From: Azolla caroliniana
Lineage: Eukaryota; Plantae; Polypodiophyta
NCBI GenBank assembly: GCA_043228905.1
Contig: JBHGNT010000016.1
Coordinates: forward strand, 682,001-746,000
DNA: 64,000 nt
Direction of reading: 5' to 3'
Made by a program: the position numbers and the translations under genes. Shown piece by piece: positions 12,022 to 51,669 of this stretch (position 1 is its first letter; the number at the start of each line of letters is the position of its first letter). The notes beneath the pieces are model-generated. The model had not been told where the DNA came from and did not search any database. It saw only the letters and a list, made by a program, of their open reading frames with translations.

Positions 12022-13299
12022 TGAGGGCAGACTGCTGCCGGAAGTAGAGTTCTTCCTCCAAATGTGAAAGCAAAAAGGCTGTACGATATTATAAAGAGCA
12101 ATCTCATTCTTTGGGAGTTTCAAGTCAATATTTTGCTTGTATGTTTTCCTGAAAGCAGTGAAAATCTCATGCGCGGTTGTCAAAAGCTGCAATGAATATG
12201 CTGCCTACATTTTGCCTGTTTGCATTCAGGTGGGATGTCTGTTGGGGAATTATGCACTAATCGAAAATTGGATGTAATAGTGAGTAGATATTGTCATTAT
12301 GTGAACATACAGTGATGAAAGTAGTTAAAGATAGGGGGAAAGTTACCTTTGCTCAGTTTTGGCATTGAAATTTACCATTAAAGTTAGTATCAGGCTCTGG
12401 TGCACAAACCTCACTATCTAAATCTGCTGCACCTGATCCGGACTTGCTCACTTAATGTTGTGCTTAACCCGAGTGTTAATAGACCTCATTTCGTTATTGA
12501 GGTCTGCGTCAGATGGTGTTAGTGAGCTTATGTATAACTTTTTGTCAGAAATTTATTGCTTTTTTAGGGCCTTAAAGTTCGACAGCTCCCTGGCCATATG
12601 AATATGATAGTTCCCATACTGATTTTTCTATCAAGGGAATGTTAATAACGTCTTCGAACGAAGTTTCTTAAGGTTTGTTAAGTGAATACTTCAGAACAAT
12701 TTTCAGCAGCCGTGACTCCAGGGAAACTCACATCTTTCTCTCTAATATATGTATAGATTTATGCTCATGATAGTGGCATTTACCTTTTGTGTGGTCCTAT
12801 GTCCCTGAGGGAATGGAGACAAAGGTGATTTACAAGGCAAATAATGTAATACTTGTGAGTCTGTGACACACACACACACACAGTACTACATAATTATAAC
12901 GGCTTGTGCAATCGTATGTCTCTGAGGTAGATGAGACAAATGATTTATGTGGCAAACTATGTAGTAGCTTGCATACTCATTGCAGAATAGATGGAGCTAG
13001 TGAATGTTCTCTTGATCATAACTAATTGTGAAACCTCAGTTTATTAACGATGTAGTGAAACCAAGTTTCAACTCTAAACATCCACATTTCCCATTGGATC
13101 TCATTTATGAACTTCTGATAAGAGTGGGTTTTGTCTTGTGTTAGCATATGTCGCTGAAGAAGGATCATAGATGAAGGTGATTTATCAAGGTTTGAACAAC
13201 TGTTTCTAGATCATGACAACCACTTGCAAAACCTTATCTGATTAGCTATTTAGCCCAACAAAGTTTCAACAAATGTAGTACTGTTGCATGCTCCAATGG

Positions 13300-14750
13300 T
13301 AACATTTCAAATGGTATATTTGCAATCTTCCAAGCTTTTATGGATCATCTATGGGATGTTTGATAACATATATAATTGCGTTCTCTTGCAAAGAGACGGA
13401 AGAGAATAAAGATGGGATGGAGGCCATATTTGTATATGAGACTCACATTTCTAAGTAACTTTGTGAATAAATTCACATCTTAGAGAGATGGAATAGAAGA
13501 AAAAAAGAAAGGAAGTTGTCATTATATGTTGGATTCTCATTTATAAGTCAATGAACCATTTTTTTTGAAAGTGCAACATTTTGGGAAACTCTTGACATGT
13601 TACCATACTCTTCATGTACTAAAGGCAATACTCTTTCAAGTAATCCATGGCGATACCTTTTGAAACATCATATATACATACTATCCTTGTAATCATATGC
13701 ATGTAGAGATTGATCACCATACATAAAACAAGCACAAAGATGATTGATGTTCGGATTATTTAGACATGATGCATATTCTTCATGACCACCACATGGAAGT
13801 AGAGGTAGAAATAGACTATTAGATGAATGATGATTATGAGAATGGGTTAATTGATGTTATCCGTACTGAAAAATAATAAAAGTTCTAAGTTTCCTAAAGA
13901 TCCATGATATGATCATGCATGTGGCAAAGAGGGTGGTATAATTCTCTCTTATGTGGATGTAAGAGCGACGCTTGCACACAAATTTCCTCGCTCTCAATAC
14001 CTCCACATAATTTGCAAAGTGTTTTGGTTTTAGATATGCATGCTGGTAGTTGACTTTCAATTTCTAGTTGGTAAACAGAAATTTGAGTTGGCTTATTGCT
14101 TTGAAAGCTCAATGGGGTATGTAGATGTCTATGTACCTTGGTCTCTTTATGAATATCCTATGAGAATGTTATGAAATGATTTTTTTATTAGGACATCTAT
14201 GTGGGAAGAGGATCCCCCAATGTGATTCAAGTCTTTGGGTGTAAAGTTGTCATAGGTATTCTTGTATTACTTTGTTTTGTTCAACATTTTCAGGAGTGTG
14301 TGGTATAGAAAAGGTGGCACGTTCTTGATGTCAAAGTCATTGTTGTTTAACAACTTCATCAAATGTGAATATTATGATACTTATCATTTTTTATTTACAC
14401 GATTTCCTTCGATGTTTCAAGCCTTGTAATAATTTGAGGTGTTTTGTTACAAATTCTATTGATGAGGTTCACATATGAGAATTTTGCTTGTACCATTATG
14501 GGAGATATGACCAAGCTAATTATTATGATCTTGTGTGGGGTTGAGGATTTTCTACATATTATTTGTGACACCATCTTGACCACGGACATTTGATTTATAT
14601 TAGCATATAGATAGCAAGCGTTGAGACTCGCATGGTTTTGAATAACTATACTTTGGGACAAGACTCTTGGAAGCGTGCTTGGTGATAATGTTGACATGTG
14701 AAACTTAACCACACACTCCTTGGGGCATGTATGTGTAAAATTCACCCTTA
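13300..14750 (-). mobile_element. Possible highly degenerate DNA-transposon (MULE-like) remnant
   Basis: Weak motif echoes (FTHTC; RRSYIHIRENYTTLF resembling HRYC..HI..NF) among many stop codons. Confidence 0.25.
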
Positions 14751-15179
14751 CATTAATCTATGAGACATACTTGGTAACATGTAGAATGGATCCTCTTTGA
14801 TATCTTAATCTTTCTCCCATCATTGGAGTTTGGTTCAAACTACTCATATATACCAAAATAATATATAAACAAATCCCACACTTATTAAGTTGTTGGTTTA
14901 TCCTTGTATAACTATACTTGGTTTTGTTTAATACATTGTCTTTCATAACCTTGTGTATCCCCCCTTCCTCTACCTCTCTAAAATTGGTAGTCCACAGAAA
15001 TAAATATATATAACAAAAAGGTTTAATAGAAAAATAAAAGAGAATAACATAATGGTTAGAGCTATTCAATAGGCTTGCAGGGGTATAGAATTTGAGTATT
15101 TGATAGTGGAGCATGAATAAAGGATTTATTCCCTTTTCTTTTTCGAAGAAACGAAGGGATGCATTTAATGCCGAAATTA

Positions 15180-16090
15180 GATGCCTTTTTTTCTCTATAA
15201 AAGGAGGAGAAGAGTGCTTCTTTCGGGTCCCTTTTGTGGTTTGAGGGGTATCATTAGAAGTCGCCCATTTTGAGGTTTAAGGGTGGACCATTAGGGTTTG
15301 AGGTCACTCATTTTGGTTCGGAGTGTAACATTAGGTTTTTGTTTTGTTTTCTCTTCTTCTTCATCATCGTGGGAGTCGAGAGTAACTTAGGTTTTTTGTT
15401 TAGTATTTTTCTAGACGGGCTACTTTTTCGACTTTTCGGGTTTTACCTACTTATGTCTACCTTGGTGGTTTGGTCTTCTTCTCCACGGTGGAGAACATTA
15501 CACGTTGTGACTTCAAGAAAAGGGTAGGGCTACCTCGCGCTCCGGTTGTTGGAGGGAGATGAAGTGCACTACACCGCCATTCGGGTGTCGTAGCCAACGG
15601 TTGTAGTCACGGTTCCAACAACTGACTTCACTCACCTTCATCGGAAACTCCATAGCCTTCCTTTCGTTCGTTTCGTTTTCGTTTTGTGCTCAAATCTTAT
15701 GACCATTTTGTAAAAACCATCGAAGTCGTCGTATTCTAGCTCTAATAATTGTAAACCCTAATTTGTAAAGTTATCCCTTGTATATTTTGCTCACGTTTTT
15801 GTTTTGATCTCATGTATATTTCCTAATCGCGCGCTAATCATCATTTGAGTCATTGCTTTGATCGTGTTTGAAGAGGCTTCAACTAAGGATTCTTCGACAA
15901 GAGCCTTCGTCTAGGTTTCTTTGACAAGAGCCTTTGACTAAGGTTTCTTTGACAAGAGCAAGCCTTCGACAAGCTCAAGTCTTCGACTTACTCCCCTTTT
16001 AACTCTTCCTAACCTTGGCGTCTTCCTTGGTCCAAGACCCTCGTGGTCCTGCTCATGTAGCACGTGCATGCACGTTTACGCAACAACGTG
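15180..16090 (+). mobile_element. LTR-retrotransposon (Gypsy-like) LTR/leader remnant
   Basis: TATA-like ctctataaaagg; short tt(c/t)gacaag tandem repeats at 15890-15990 resemble those at 20450-20880. Confidence 0.4.
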
Positions 16091-16559
16091 TGGAGAGTTA
16101 TGGTACTTAACGTTTCTTAACTTGTCTATGCATTTAAAAATTTATATGAGCTATATCTTGCCGGAAAAATGATGTGTTATGGTCCTCTTTCACACATGTC
16201 TCCCTTCTTTACAATTGAAGATATATGCATAGGACTTACGAAATTGGCCTCTCGAAAAGCAAGCAATCTTCAATGTATAAATGTTGAAATACTCAAATGA
16301 ATGGAAAAAGAAGCACATGCATGGATAAGTAATATTGTTGATCATGCATTGCAACATGACATGTCTTATGATTGTAATACAAATTGATCAAACCTTTACA
16401 TAAAGGTGGAGATGTAGATAACGTAAACAACTATTGAACCCTCATAGTTGGCTCGATAATGACAAAACTATTTGGATGTATAATGGAATCAAAGATAATT
16501 GCATGGGCTAAAAAAATGGTAAGAGAGTTTATGGACAAGTTGGCTTTTGAAAACACCAT

Positions 16560-17065
16560 AGCACCATCGATGACTTTGTCACCCTTCAAGTATTAAGGAA
16601 GGAAAATTGCTTGAGAGGTACAAATATATATGTTGCTTCCTATACTTCAAGAAAGCTTTTGATATGGTACCTCGTGAGTATCTTTGGAGGTGAATAGAAG
16701 AACTGGAGGTGCCAAGTGAATATATGCTTGCTAGGCGATAGATTTTCATTTTTTTTCAATAACACTATTGGTGTTAAGGAAGGATACCCACTCTCACCAA
16801 CTCTATTTGGTCTATGCATTGATGAAGTATAAGAAATGGTTTCCAAGTTTTTAATGGAAGAAGTAGTTGACGAAGTTGCCAAGGGACTATAGATATCATG
16901 CTTTTGTTATATGCGGATGATGTAGTGATTTTTGCAAATACTTTAGAGGATGTGCAAAAGTTTATGAAGGCATTGGAATTTTTTTGCATGCATACTAAAT
17001 TAAGTGCCAACAACTCTAAAACAAAGATAATGCTTGTGAAGAGCCAGAAAAAGATAAACCATGCA
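16560..17065 (+). mobile_element. RTE-like LINE reverse transcriptase fragment (degenerate)
   Basis: Broken frames give FKKAFDMVPRE, IGVKEGYPLSPTLFGLCIDE and LLYADDVVIF. Confidence 0.8.
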
Positions 17066-17825
17066 TAACTTTCTTGCTCCCTCTCATCGGTTAACAATAC
17101 ATCTTCACTATTCGGAAATCTCTAGGGGGCATTCCTAATTCTCAGAGGGTATCTCCTATCTTAGTTCTCATCAATCGGGTCTGCCTCATTCTTTTTTTTC
17201 GGCTCCTCATCTGAGTCCAATTCGAATTCCTATCCGGATCCGGCCTCCGGTTCTCTTTCGGCTATTCCGACTTCTTGTCTGATCTGACCGGCCCACTTAG
17301 CTCTTTGGCTAGCATCCGGCTTCTGGCCGACTGGGTGTGTATCTCATTTGGTTGCTCTCCTTTGCTTGATTGAGGGGTTGATCCCTTCTTTTCCATTTCC
17401 CAGTAAACAATAGTCTTTTCTTCCATAAAGACTATGTCTCGGCTCTTGATGACCTTCTTGTCGATCAGGTCCCACAATTGATAACCGAATTCAACTTCAC
17501 TGTAACCAACAAATATGCACGGCCAGCTCTTGGGATCAAGTTTCCCCCCTCAAGTCCTTAGCTATATGTACATAGCCTAGGCAACTGAATACCTTCAGAT
17601 GCCAATATGACACATCTTTGCCTGTCCACACCCTCTCTGGGATATCACCATTATGAGAATCGAGGGAGACCTATTTATTACATAGATCATTGTCTTCAAC
17701 GCTTTTGCCCAATAGGTTTTCGGGAACTTAGCATGTGCTAGAATACATCAGACTCTCTCTGTCATGGTCCGGTTCATTCTTTTGGCCATGCCATTTAGTT
17801 CAGGAGTCCTTGGCACTGTGTATTC

Positions 17826-18567
17826 TATTGGGAGACAGGTCCCTCCGGATGGAAGAGAGAAGAACAGTGCCTCGGCTGAAACCGGATGAGGAGTACTCGG
17901 CTACGGAGAGCCGGATGGTGCAGACCCGGTGAGAACCGGATGAGGAGTACTCGGCTACGGAGAGCCGGATGGTGCAGACCCGGTGAGAACTGGATGAGGA
18001 GTACCCGGCTACGGAGAGCCGGATGGTGCAGACCCGATGAGAACCGGATGAGGAGTACCTGGCTACGGAGAGTTGGATGGCGCAGACCCGGTGAGAAATG
18101 CTCACCGGATGAAGAGACATATTCGTAAATATGTTTCTGAGAGTCCATCGAGGCTATATTTGTAAATAGCCGAAAAGTCATACTAGTATAAATATGACTT
18201 AGGGAAAACTTTTAGACCGTTGTCGTTGTCATTTCTTGTGTGTACAGAAGGAGAGAGAGAGCGCGTAACTGTGTACAGAGAGAGAGAGAGAGAGAAAGAG
18301 GTTATTGCCTTTGTTGTAACCGCCAACTGTGGCGAAGATCGTGAGCATGAGGTCGGTGCCTCCGTGAACTCACTATTGTACATTCCAACATAGTGATAGT
18401 TTGCAGCCTGTGGGCTGCCGTGGTTTTTCCCTTAGTTTGGGTTTTCCACGTAAACATCCTGCGTATTTTTCTCTTCTTCGTGTCGTTCATTATTTCCGTT
18501 TTCTGTGTGTGATTCCAAGCTTGGTTGTGGTCGAGCGTTGCGTATAAGGCGCCTTGAGTTCCCGTCA
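17826..18567 (+). mobile_element. Solo LTR (742 bp) with 5-bp TSD
   Basis: Termini tattggga...ttcccgtca; flanks tattc (17821-25) and tactc (18568-72) duplicate the host integrase E-Y codons; internal TATA (tagtataaat) and (GA)n. Confidence 0.8.
17877..18098 (+). repeat. 54-bp tandem repeat (~4 copies) inside the solo LTR
   Basis: Unit gagaaccggatgaggagtactcggctacggagagccggatggtgcagacccggt at ~17877, 17931, 17985 and 18039. Confidence 0.95.
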
Positions 18568-18779
18568 TACTCTAGCTGGATTCCTTATGACCGACAATAT
18601 TCCTCGAACTGCCCTTTATACTCCCCTCCATTATCCTTCCGGATAGCCTTAATCCGTATTCTCTTTCCGCTCTTGCCTAGATTTCTTTGAAGACGGACAA
18701 TACTTGGTCCTTTGTCTTTAGTTTGACCCCCCCAATTTTAGGCTATAATAATCTATGAAGGTCACGAAATATTGTGCAC

Positions 18780-19500
18780 TGGCATGAGATGTTCTACAAA
18801 TCATTCTACAAATCCATGAGATGTTCCCTCATCCATGACCATATCAACCATTGAGATGACAATATTCTTCTCAACATCTTCCTTATTTTTTTGTTTGACA
18901 TAATTTTTTGTGGATGGTCCACCATGATATTTGAATTCAGCCATAAAATGCCCCAATTGACCACATTTAAAACAACGTCCTACAAAAAGCCTCCTAGTGA
19001 AGCTTAAAACGAAATCGACCAAATTGAGATGTATCTATACTCAACCATCTTGGAAGTTTACAACTCGTGTCCCATAACATGCAAAATCTACATTTGCTCC
19101 AAGAATTAGCATGAGGTGCAACCAAAACTTTACCAATTTGAGACATCAATTCTAGAAGTGATTCCCCAAAAAATGAGTTATTACAATCAATAGTCACCCA
19201 AATTGGATGTTGTTTTAATAAATCTTTATAATCCACCATCGGAACCCATTCTATCACATGCACTAATCTTCTATAAAAAAAAGATTGGTAGCTTTGCCAT
19301 CAAAGCAGTACGATGTTTTGATGATCGGAAAACCATACCATAGAAACCTCTTGAACCCACACACACATCCTCAACACAATTAGGTATTATGAATGAATTC
19401 AAACACTACTTAATCCATGATACCAAATGAAAGTTACGAAAGCCACCCACCACTCTATAAATTATATTGCATTGAATTATTGTGAGCTTACATATTTCAA
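18780..19500 (-). mobile_element. LINE (L1) ORF1 remnant with zinc knuckle
   Basis: RCFKCGQLGHF knuckle; HVIEWVP...PIWV...IGKVL pattern of plant L1 ORF1 (DUF4283-like). Confidence 0.7.
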
Positions 19501-19507
19501 TGTTATC

Positions 19508-21018
19508 TATTGTTAAGCGCTTTGATTGCACCACAACCAGTCATGAAGAAGAGCGCATCAACAAGGACGTAGTATGGGTAAAGGACCTATGAAGAGGAAA
19601 TGGCAAGAGGAAAAAGGGCTAAGGGATATCCAAGTGTGAAAGGTCCATACCCTAAATTATAATGCTATATAAACCACATGGTGGTGGCTTTGTAAGGGTT
19701 CTTCCATTTGTAAAGATTTCCCTATTGATTAAGAGCTAGAGCTCCCTCTCCTCCTTGTAACCTTTCAGCTTAAGAGAGATTAATGAGGTGTTTAGCTAGA
19801 GAACACTAATCTCTCTTGTTTGTTGGTGCTAGACCTCTTAGCAAAGAGGGTTAATAAAAACATTCATTACTCCTATCGTCTATATTCATTAACCTATTGT
19901 CTATGAGAGCGAGCTTGAGAGAGCAAGAGAGATATCGTGCTTAATCATCTATTAATCGCTAAGTGAGTGTGAGGCTCAGAGGTGTCTGACAACCATCTTC
20001 GCCCGATTCGCCATAAAAAAGGTATACGCCGGTCCGAGCTCTACAAACGACATCGAGGAGTTAACTGCGTCGATACATAGATCCACCACATGTATTTGGC
20101 GCCACTGCCGGGGATACGACCGACGATTGAAGCCAACTTTGAGTGAGCAAACACTCATAGGCAACCCACTTAACAAGGGAAGAAATCGAAAGGAAACCAT
20201 CATTTGTGTCAATTAAAATTCTCACTATTTCACATTTTCATTAAGTTAATTTTATGTTTTCTTTTAGTTTTAATTTTTTCACTCTTAATGTCCCGAACAT
20301 TAGCAAGCTATTCGTTCGGTTAACGCTAAGCATTGTTCAAATTTAGTCATTGTAGGGCAAGAATAATCACTGCGATTCTCGCTGATTACGATCATCCTAC
20401 GGAACACGAAATGGCCGTTGCCGCCAAAAAATTCAAATTTCCCGCTCAAAGTTCGTCGAAAGATCAAGTTCGACAAGAGACCATCTTTCGACGAAAGATT
20501 AGAGTTCGATAAGGGAAGCATCTTTCAACAAAAGATCAAAGTTTGCCAAACCCACATCTTTCGACAAACCCTTAAAGCTTGACAAGAGGATATCTTTTGA
20601 CAAAAGATCAAAGTTTGTCAAACCCACATCCTTCAACGAAAGATCAAAGTTTGCCAAACCCATATCTTTCGACAAACTCGTAAAGCTTGACAAGAGGATA
20701 TCTTTCAACGAAAGATCATCCTTCGTTGAAAGATCAGAGTTCGATAAGGGGAACATCTTTCGATGAAAGATCAAAGTTTGCCAAACTCACATCTTTCGAC
20801 GAAAGATCAAAGTCTGCCAAACCCACATCTTTTGACAAACTCGTAAAGCTTGACAAGAGAATATCTTCCGACAAACCCATAAAGTGAGTGTGAGGCTCGG
20901 CGGTGTCCGACAACAATCTTTGCCCGATTCGCCATCAAAAGGGTATACGCCGGTCCGAGCACCGCAAACGACATCAGGGAGTTAACTCCATGGATACATA
21001 GATCCACCACATGTATGA
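19508..21018 (+). mobile_element. Internally deleted Gypsy (Athila-like) element: LTR, tRNA-Asp-like PBS, repeat-rich leader, partial 3' LTR
   Basis: ~130-bp direct repeat at 19962-20095 and 20883-21016; PBS TGGCGCCACTGCCGGGGA at 20097-20114; TATA ctatataa at ~19665. Outer boundaries are approximate. Confidence 0.65.
20450..20880 (+). repeat. Degenerate tandem repeats (ttcgacgaaagatcaaag / aaacccacatc units)
   Basis: Directly visible nested 20-40 bp units. Confidence 0.85.
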
Positions 21019-21178
21019 TTATCTTGTCCATTGCTTGTTATTTTATTCTCAAATTACATTCAGTTATAGTAGATACATATGTAATTATTGTTGCAGTAAT
21101 TACAAACCAAAAGTTATATTTCCTTTTCAAAAAGTACCATATAAAAGATTATAGAAAAGATCATACGATTAGTGCAAG

Positions 21179-21832
21179 TAGCAATGGGCTTGGTTCAGTT
21201 CAGTTTATTAGCCTTAAAACCAAACCAAACCATTTATTAATAATAAAACCGAACCAAACTATTTAAAATTTATAAAGCCATTTAAATCAAACTATTTAGA
21301 GCCGAACCGTTAAAACCAAACCGTTTAAAGAATAGGAGAAACTAAACCGTTTACGAAAAATTTAAAACCAAACCAAATTTTTTATTATTGATATTTATCA
21401 TCATAGTTATTATAAATTTGTGTGAGAAAATCATCATAAAATTTGTCATTATACTTACCATAAATTTTGTTATTATACTGATCATAAATTTGATTATTAT
21501 ACTTATCATATATTTGATCATCATAAATGAAAAAGAGACTCTACATATAATGTACATAAAATTTAATAAATTAAAACTAGAGTTTAAAATTAAAAGTTAA
21601 AAGTTAAAGCCTATAGGGAAAATTTATGAGTAATTTTTAATCTATAAACCTATAAACCGAACCACATAAACAAAAACTGATAAACCGATAAATTTAGAAC
21701 CGAACCGAACCAAAATCCATTAGTAACATTTGAAACCAAACCAAACCATTTATTTATCTTCAAACCTATAAACCATTTACGCCACAGTTTATAGGTTCTT
21801 TTTAGTTTGAGCCAAAACCGGGCCCATTGCTA
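21179..21832. mobile_element. Non-autonomous hAT element (MITE)
   Basis: Perfect 11-bp TIRs TAGCAATGGGC / GCCCATTGCTA; perfect 8-bp TSD AGTGCAAG (21171-78 and 21833-40); subterminal aaaccg/aaacca repeats; AT-rich core. Confidence 0.92.
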
Positions 21833-22900
21833 AGTGCAAGTGCATGTCCAAGTGAGTACTCAAAATTTCTGCAACATTACTTTTTTCTATGTTTGCTCCC
21901 TAATGAAAATGGTGCTTAACATCGTTCAACATTAAAAATTTCTGTCTTTAATTTGAAGGCCATGAAACCTCATTGCTATAATGTTGACATTGAGAAGTGG
22001 GAATAACTAGTAATTTGTTTCTTTTGAGATGTTGACACAGTATTGTAGGGCAGGGCTTCTTTGATGGTTTGTCATTGAAAATGTCTACAGACGGTCAAAA
22101 TGACTGAGGTTACAACAATAATCTGACCTCATACAAATGGTTAAAAGAAAATGTACATTAGGTATACTCGGGCAAAAGAACAACAATGCTTTCACACTGC
22201 AGTTCATATTATTAGACAACACATGAATAACAAACGTATTCACAAGTAATTTCAATATCACACAGACAATTATTTCTAATTTACATTTGACGAGGGATTC
22301 AGCATTATTCAGCTGCTGCCAATGTTCTTTTTACAGGTACTTTGTTTCAGTTACCATGAAATATATTAATGGAAAGGGAGATGTCTGTTAATCAACCCAA
22401 ACTTATGTTCAGACCTGTGTAGGAAGGTGATGCATTGCCAAATGCAGATAACGCAGCTGAAGGATGTGTCCAAAAACAAAGTACCTCCCACATTATGTGC
22501 ATGGAAATCCACAATAAATGGAGTTTTGGAGAGGCAACCACAGCTGCTGCTTCTTTTTCGACTTGGTATGTATCACTATCTTCTCCGAGCATCCTGTCTT
22601 TGGTTCAGGTACAAGTTCTAGTGCCTCATTTGACAAATGAAAACATCATTTCAAACTGTGATACCAAATCTTCTTATGAGGTAGCAACAGGTATGTCTTG
22701 TGTGCAGAATAACCAATTTGAAATAATGTCATCACCAGGAGTTATATATTCATCTATAGGAGAGCAGACACCTCTACCGAATCAAAGGAATGTTTGCGCC
22801 CTTGATAAGTGGGATTTGACTGCAGTTAGACGCTCCAAAATATTTAACTGCCTCAGAAAAACCAAAGATTTAATCTTTACCTTCATGGCACAGGATGCAT

Positions 22901-49071
<26,171 letters not shown>

Positions 49072-51669
49072 ACTTCTCTTTACTAAATTCACATCAAAAA
49101 GTTGGATGCTACTGCTCGGGTTTCTTCGTGCTTAGGAACATAGATTCCCAAATAACAGTTGACGGTGAACATTCTGCATCAATCACATCCATTTCTCTGA
49201 GTTGAAGATTCGGGATATTCGAGAATTCTATGGTACACAGAAATCTGCATTAGCGACGAGGAAACCTAGAAGTGTATAAAATCGCTCGTTTTCGTGGAGA
49301 AATAGGATGTGCAGACGTGGTTTTCAGGAGAAACGGGGAAGCTTACGGAAGCTTACGAGTCTCGAGCACAGATCGAATGATAGCGGATCGGGTTTGTATA
49401 GAGTAAGTAAGAAAAGGGGGGGGGGGGGGGGTCAGGGGAGATGAAGGAACAAACAAAACATTGATGAGAAGAATAGAGAGGGGAGGGCATGGGAAGAGAC
49501 GGACATGAACGCCAATGCCAATCTTTACATGTTCATGCATTGCATTGTTTGTGTCCGCCCTTCTCGTGAGTGAGCATCCCACTCCCACCCCACCCCAAAC
49601 ACATTGGGGGAGGGGGAAACAATGGGAGGATCACAAAGCGGATGGAGTTTGGGGGTTCACGAGGAATATCAATATATATTTTTTTGGTTTTAAAGATGTT
49701 TAGTTGAGGCTACAAAACAAGGAATATGCCATGAATAGATGCAACAATGCATTTGCAATATTGATATCAACTAGCAATCACACCTTCCATCGGTTTCTAC
49801 TAGTTTTCCCTGCAAGACTGATTGCCTTTTGGAACCCAATGCCTATGTTAGATTCATGCTCATCCATTGAGAACAAAGGGCTCATGATACTACAAGTGAT
49901 TGCTTTCTTCAAAGGTTCTCACATCTAGATCCTTAGTTTCAAATCAATGATAATGTGTTACACATCCTCCAATGACATTTGTGCAACACCAACTCTAAAT
50001 TGCAATCACAGTAAACCTTTCTAATTCAAGTGTTGTAATCAAGTCTTGTTGTCTAATTCTCTATCTCGCCTTTGTTGTCAACTCTTATTTCAAGTTTTCT
50101 TTCAAGATCAAGGGGTAGTGAAAATGCCCCAAGCCAACGTCCGAGCACTAGGCTTTAACGATATTCATTTATGTGTAATACCCAACAATTAATATCACGT
50201 TCTCAAGCTCAACATGTATGTAAGTTAAATCTCAAGCATGCATACATTCAACCATCGAGATGGCATGTGATGATTCTAACCATTCTGTAAAAAAATGGAG
50301 AATGTGGGTGACCTTGTGTAGTGGAAGAAGAAATGTGTGTGTGTGTGGGTACATAAGACAAGAATGAAAGAGACAGACAAACAAACAGAACGAGAAGTTA
50401 TATTAGGAAAAATGAAATACATCCAACATTTACTAAGTTACAAAAAGGTTGGTTTAAATACCAACTAACCTAGGGTAATTGCCCTAGTGTGTCCGCTGCT
50501 AGTGTGAAAGCCATTGCATTTGGGAAGTTGGGTTTGATTCTCAACACGCCCCTTCGAACACAACTTTTGGTCGTCAAGGATATTGTCTTATTGTTTGGCT
50601 CGTTTTGGCTTTCTAAGTTTCTCAGCTCTATGGTTGGATGGTCCATCAACTTCATCAGTGGATTGGTCGGTTTGGCTACTACTTCGATTGTTCCTTCAGT
50701 CGGCTACTATCTAGTTGTTGCATTATATCCATCAACTTTTGTTAGTTGTGTTACTGCACTCCCCCGCAAGCTCAGCAATGTAGATATCGTTAGACCAAGG
50801 TCCAAAGTAAATTGCCCAAGCTTGTCGACTCCTAATGTTGGCAACCTAAAGGTTTGTGCTAATGAGTTGTAGGTCAACATCTGTGAATCTCTCCATCACA
50901 TTGTTGCGTGTGGTCTTTAAGTGTGCTATGGAATGTATGTATCTTTTTATCCCTCTCTCAATCAGCCTGAACACGCTCTCGAATGAAGTGATAGTGCTCT
51001 TCGATATGCTTCATACACGCATGGAACACTAGATTTTGAGCCAGATGAATACTGCTCATATTGTCACAAAAAAGGAGAATCGGATCCTTGATGGGAACAC
51101 CCAGATCCTTCAAGATTCGTTTAAGCCAAACGGCTTCATAGTGGGCAACTATCATGCCCCTATATTCGGCCTCTGAGCTCGACAATGCGACTATCGATTT
51201 CTTCTTATTGTTCCATGATATACTCCAATATCGAGGGAGAAGATAAACCCCAAGGTTGATCGTCTATCGGCCTTATAATCGGCCCAGTTTGCATCTGTGT
51301 ACCGTTCGAGTTGAATGATCGTGTTTGATTTATACATGACGTCACAATCCATCATCCCACTGACATACCTAAGTACTCTCGTAACACAATCCAGGTGACT
51401 ATCCTATGGTTGCTGCATGAATTGGCTAAGTAGACCAACCGGACAGTTGAGTTCGGGTTGTGTGATGGTTAGATAGGTTAAGCTTCTGATCAACTTACAA
51501 TATTGAGTCGGCTCACGCTCTTCCATTCCTGAGTCGGCATCGATCAAAAGGGGTGGGCACAGGTTTGCACTCTGTCATCCCAAACTTGTACAACAAGTTG
51601 AGAATGTAGTGTCGTTGGGAGATCATGATCCCGACTGGTGTCTGAATTACTTCTATACCGAGGAAGTAC

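Larger units (their letters stand above)
17066..18710 (-). mobile_element. Ty1/copia (Tnt1/Tork-like) integrase fragment, split by a solo LTR
   Basis: DNGGEYKGQFEEYC..GIQLEY | EYTVPRTPELNG..., LDPKSWPCIFVGYS, LWDLIDKKVIKSRDIVF. Confidence 0.85.

Noticed and set aside
17877-18098. CRISPR-like regularity
   Set aside because: Units are contiguous with no unique spacers; eukaryotic LTR context.
17800-18181. Repetitive ORFs on both strands
   Set aside because: By-products of the 54-bp (multiple of 3) tandem repeat inside an LTR.
19433-19696. Imperfect inverted repeat ttacgaaagccacccacc / ggtggtggctttgtaa
   Set aside because: Short, with arms in two different TE remnants and no TSD.
21351-21600. 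Ile/Met-rich ORFs on both strands
   Set aside because: Low-complexity AT-rich core of the hAT MITE.
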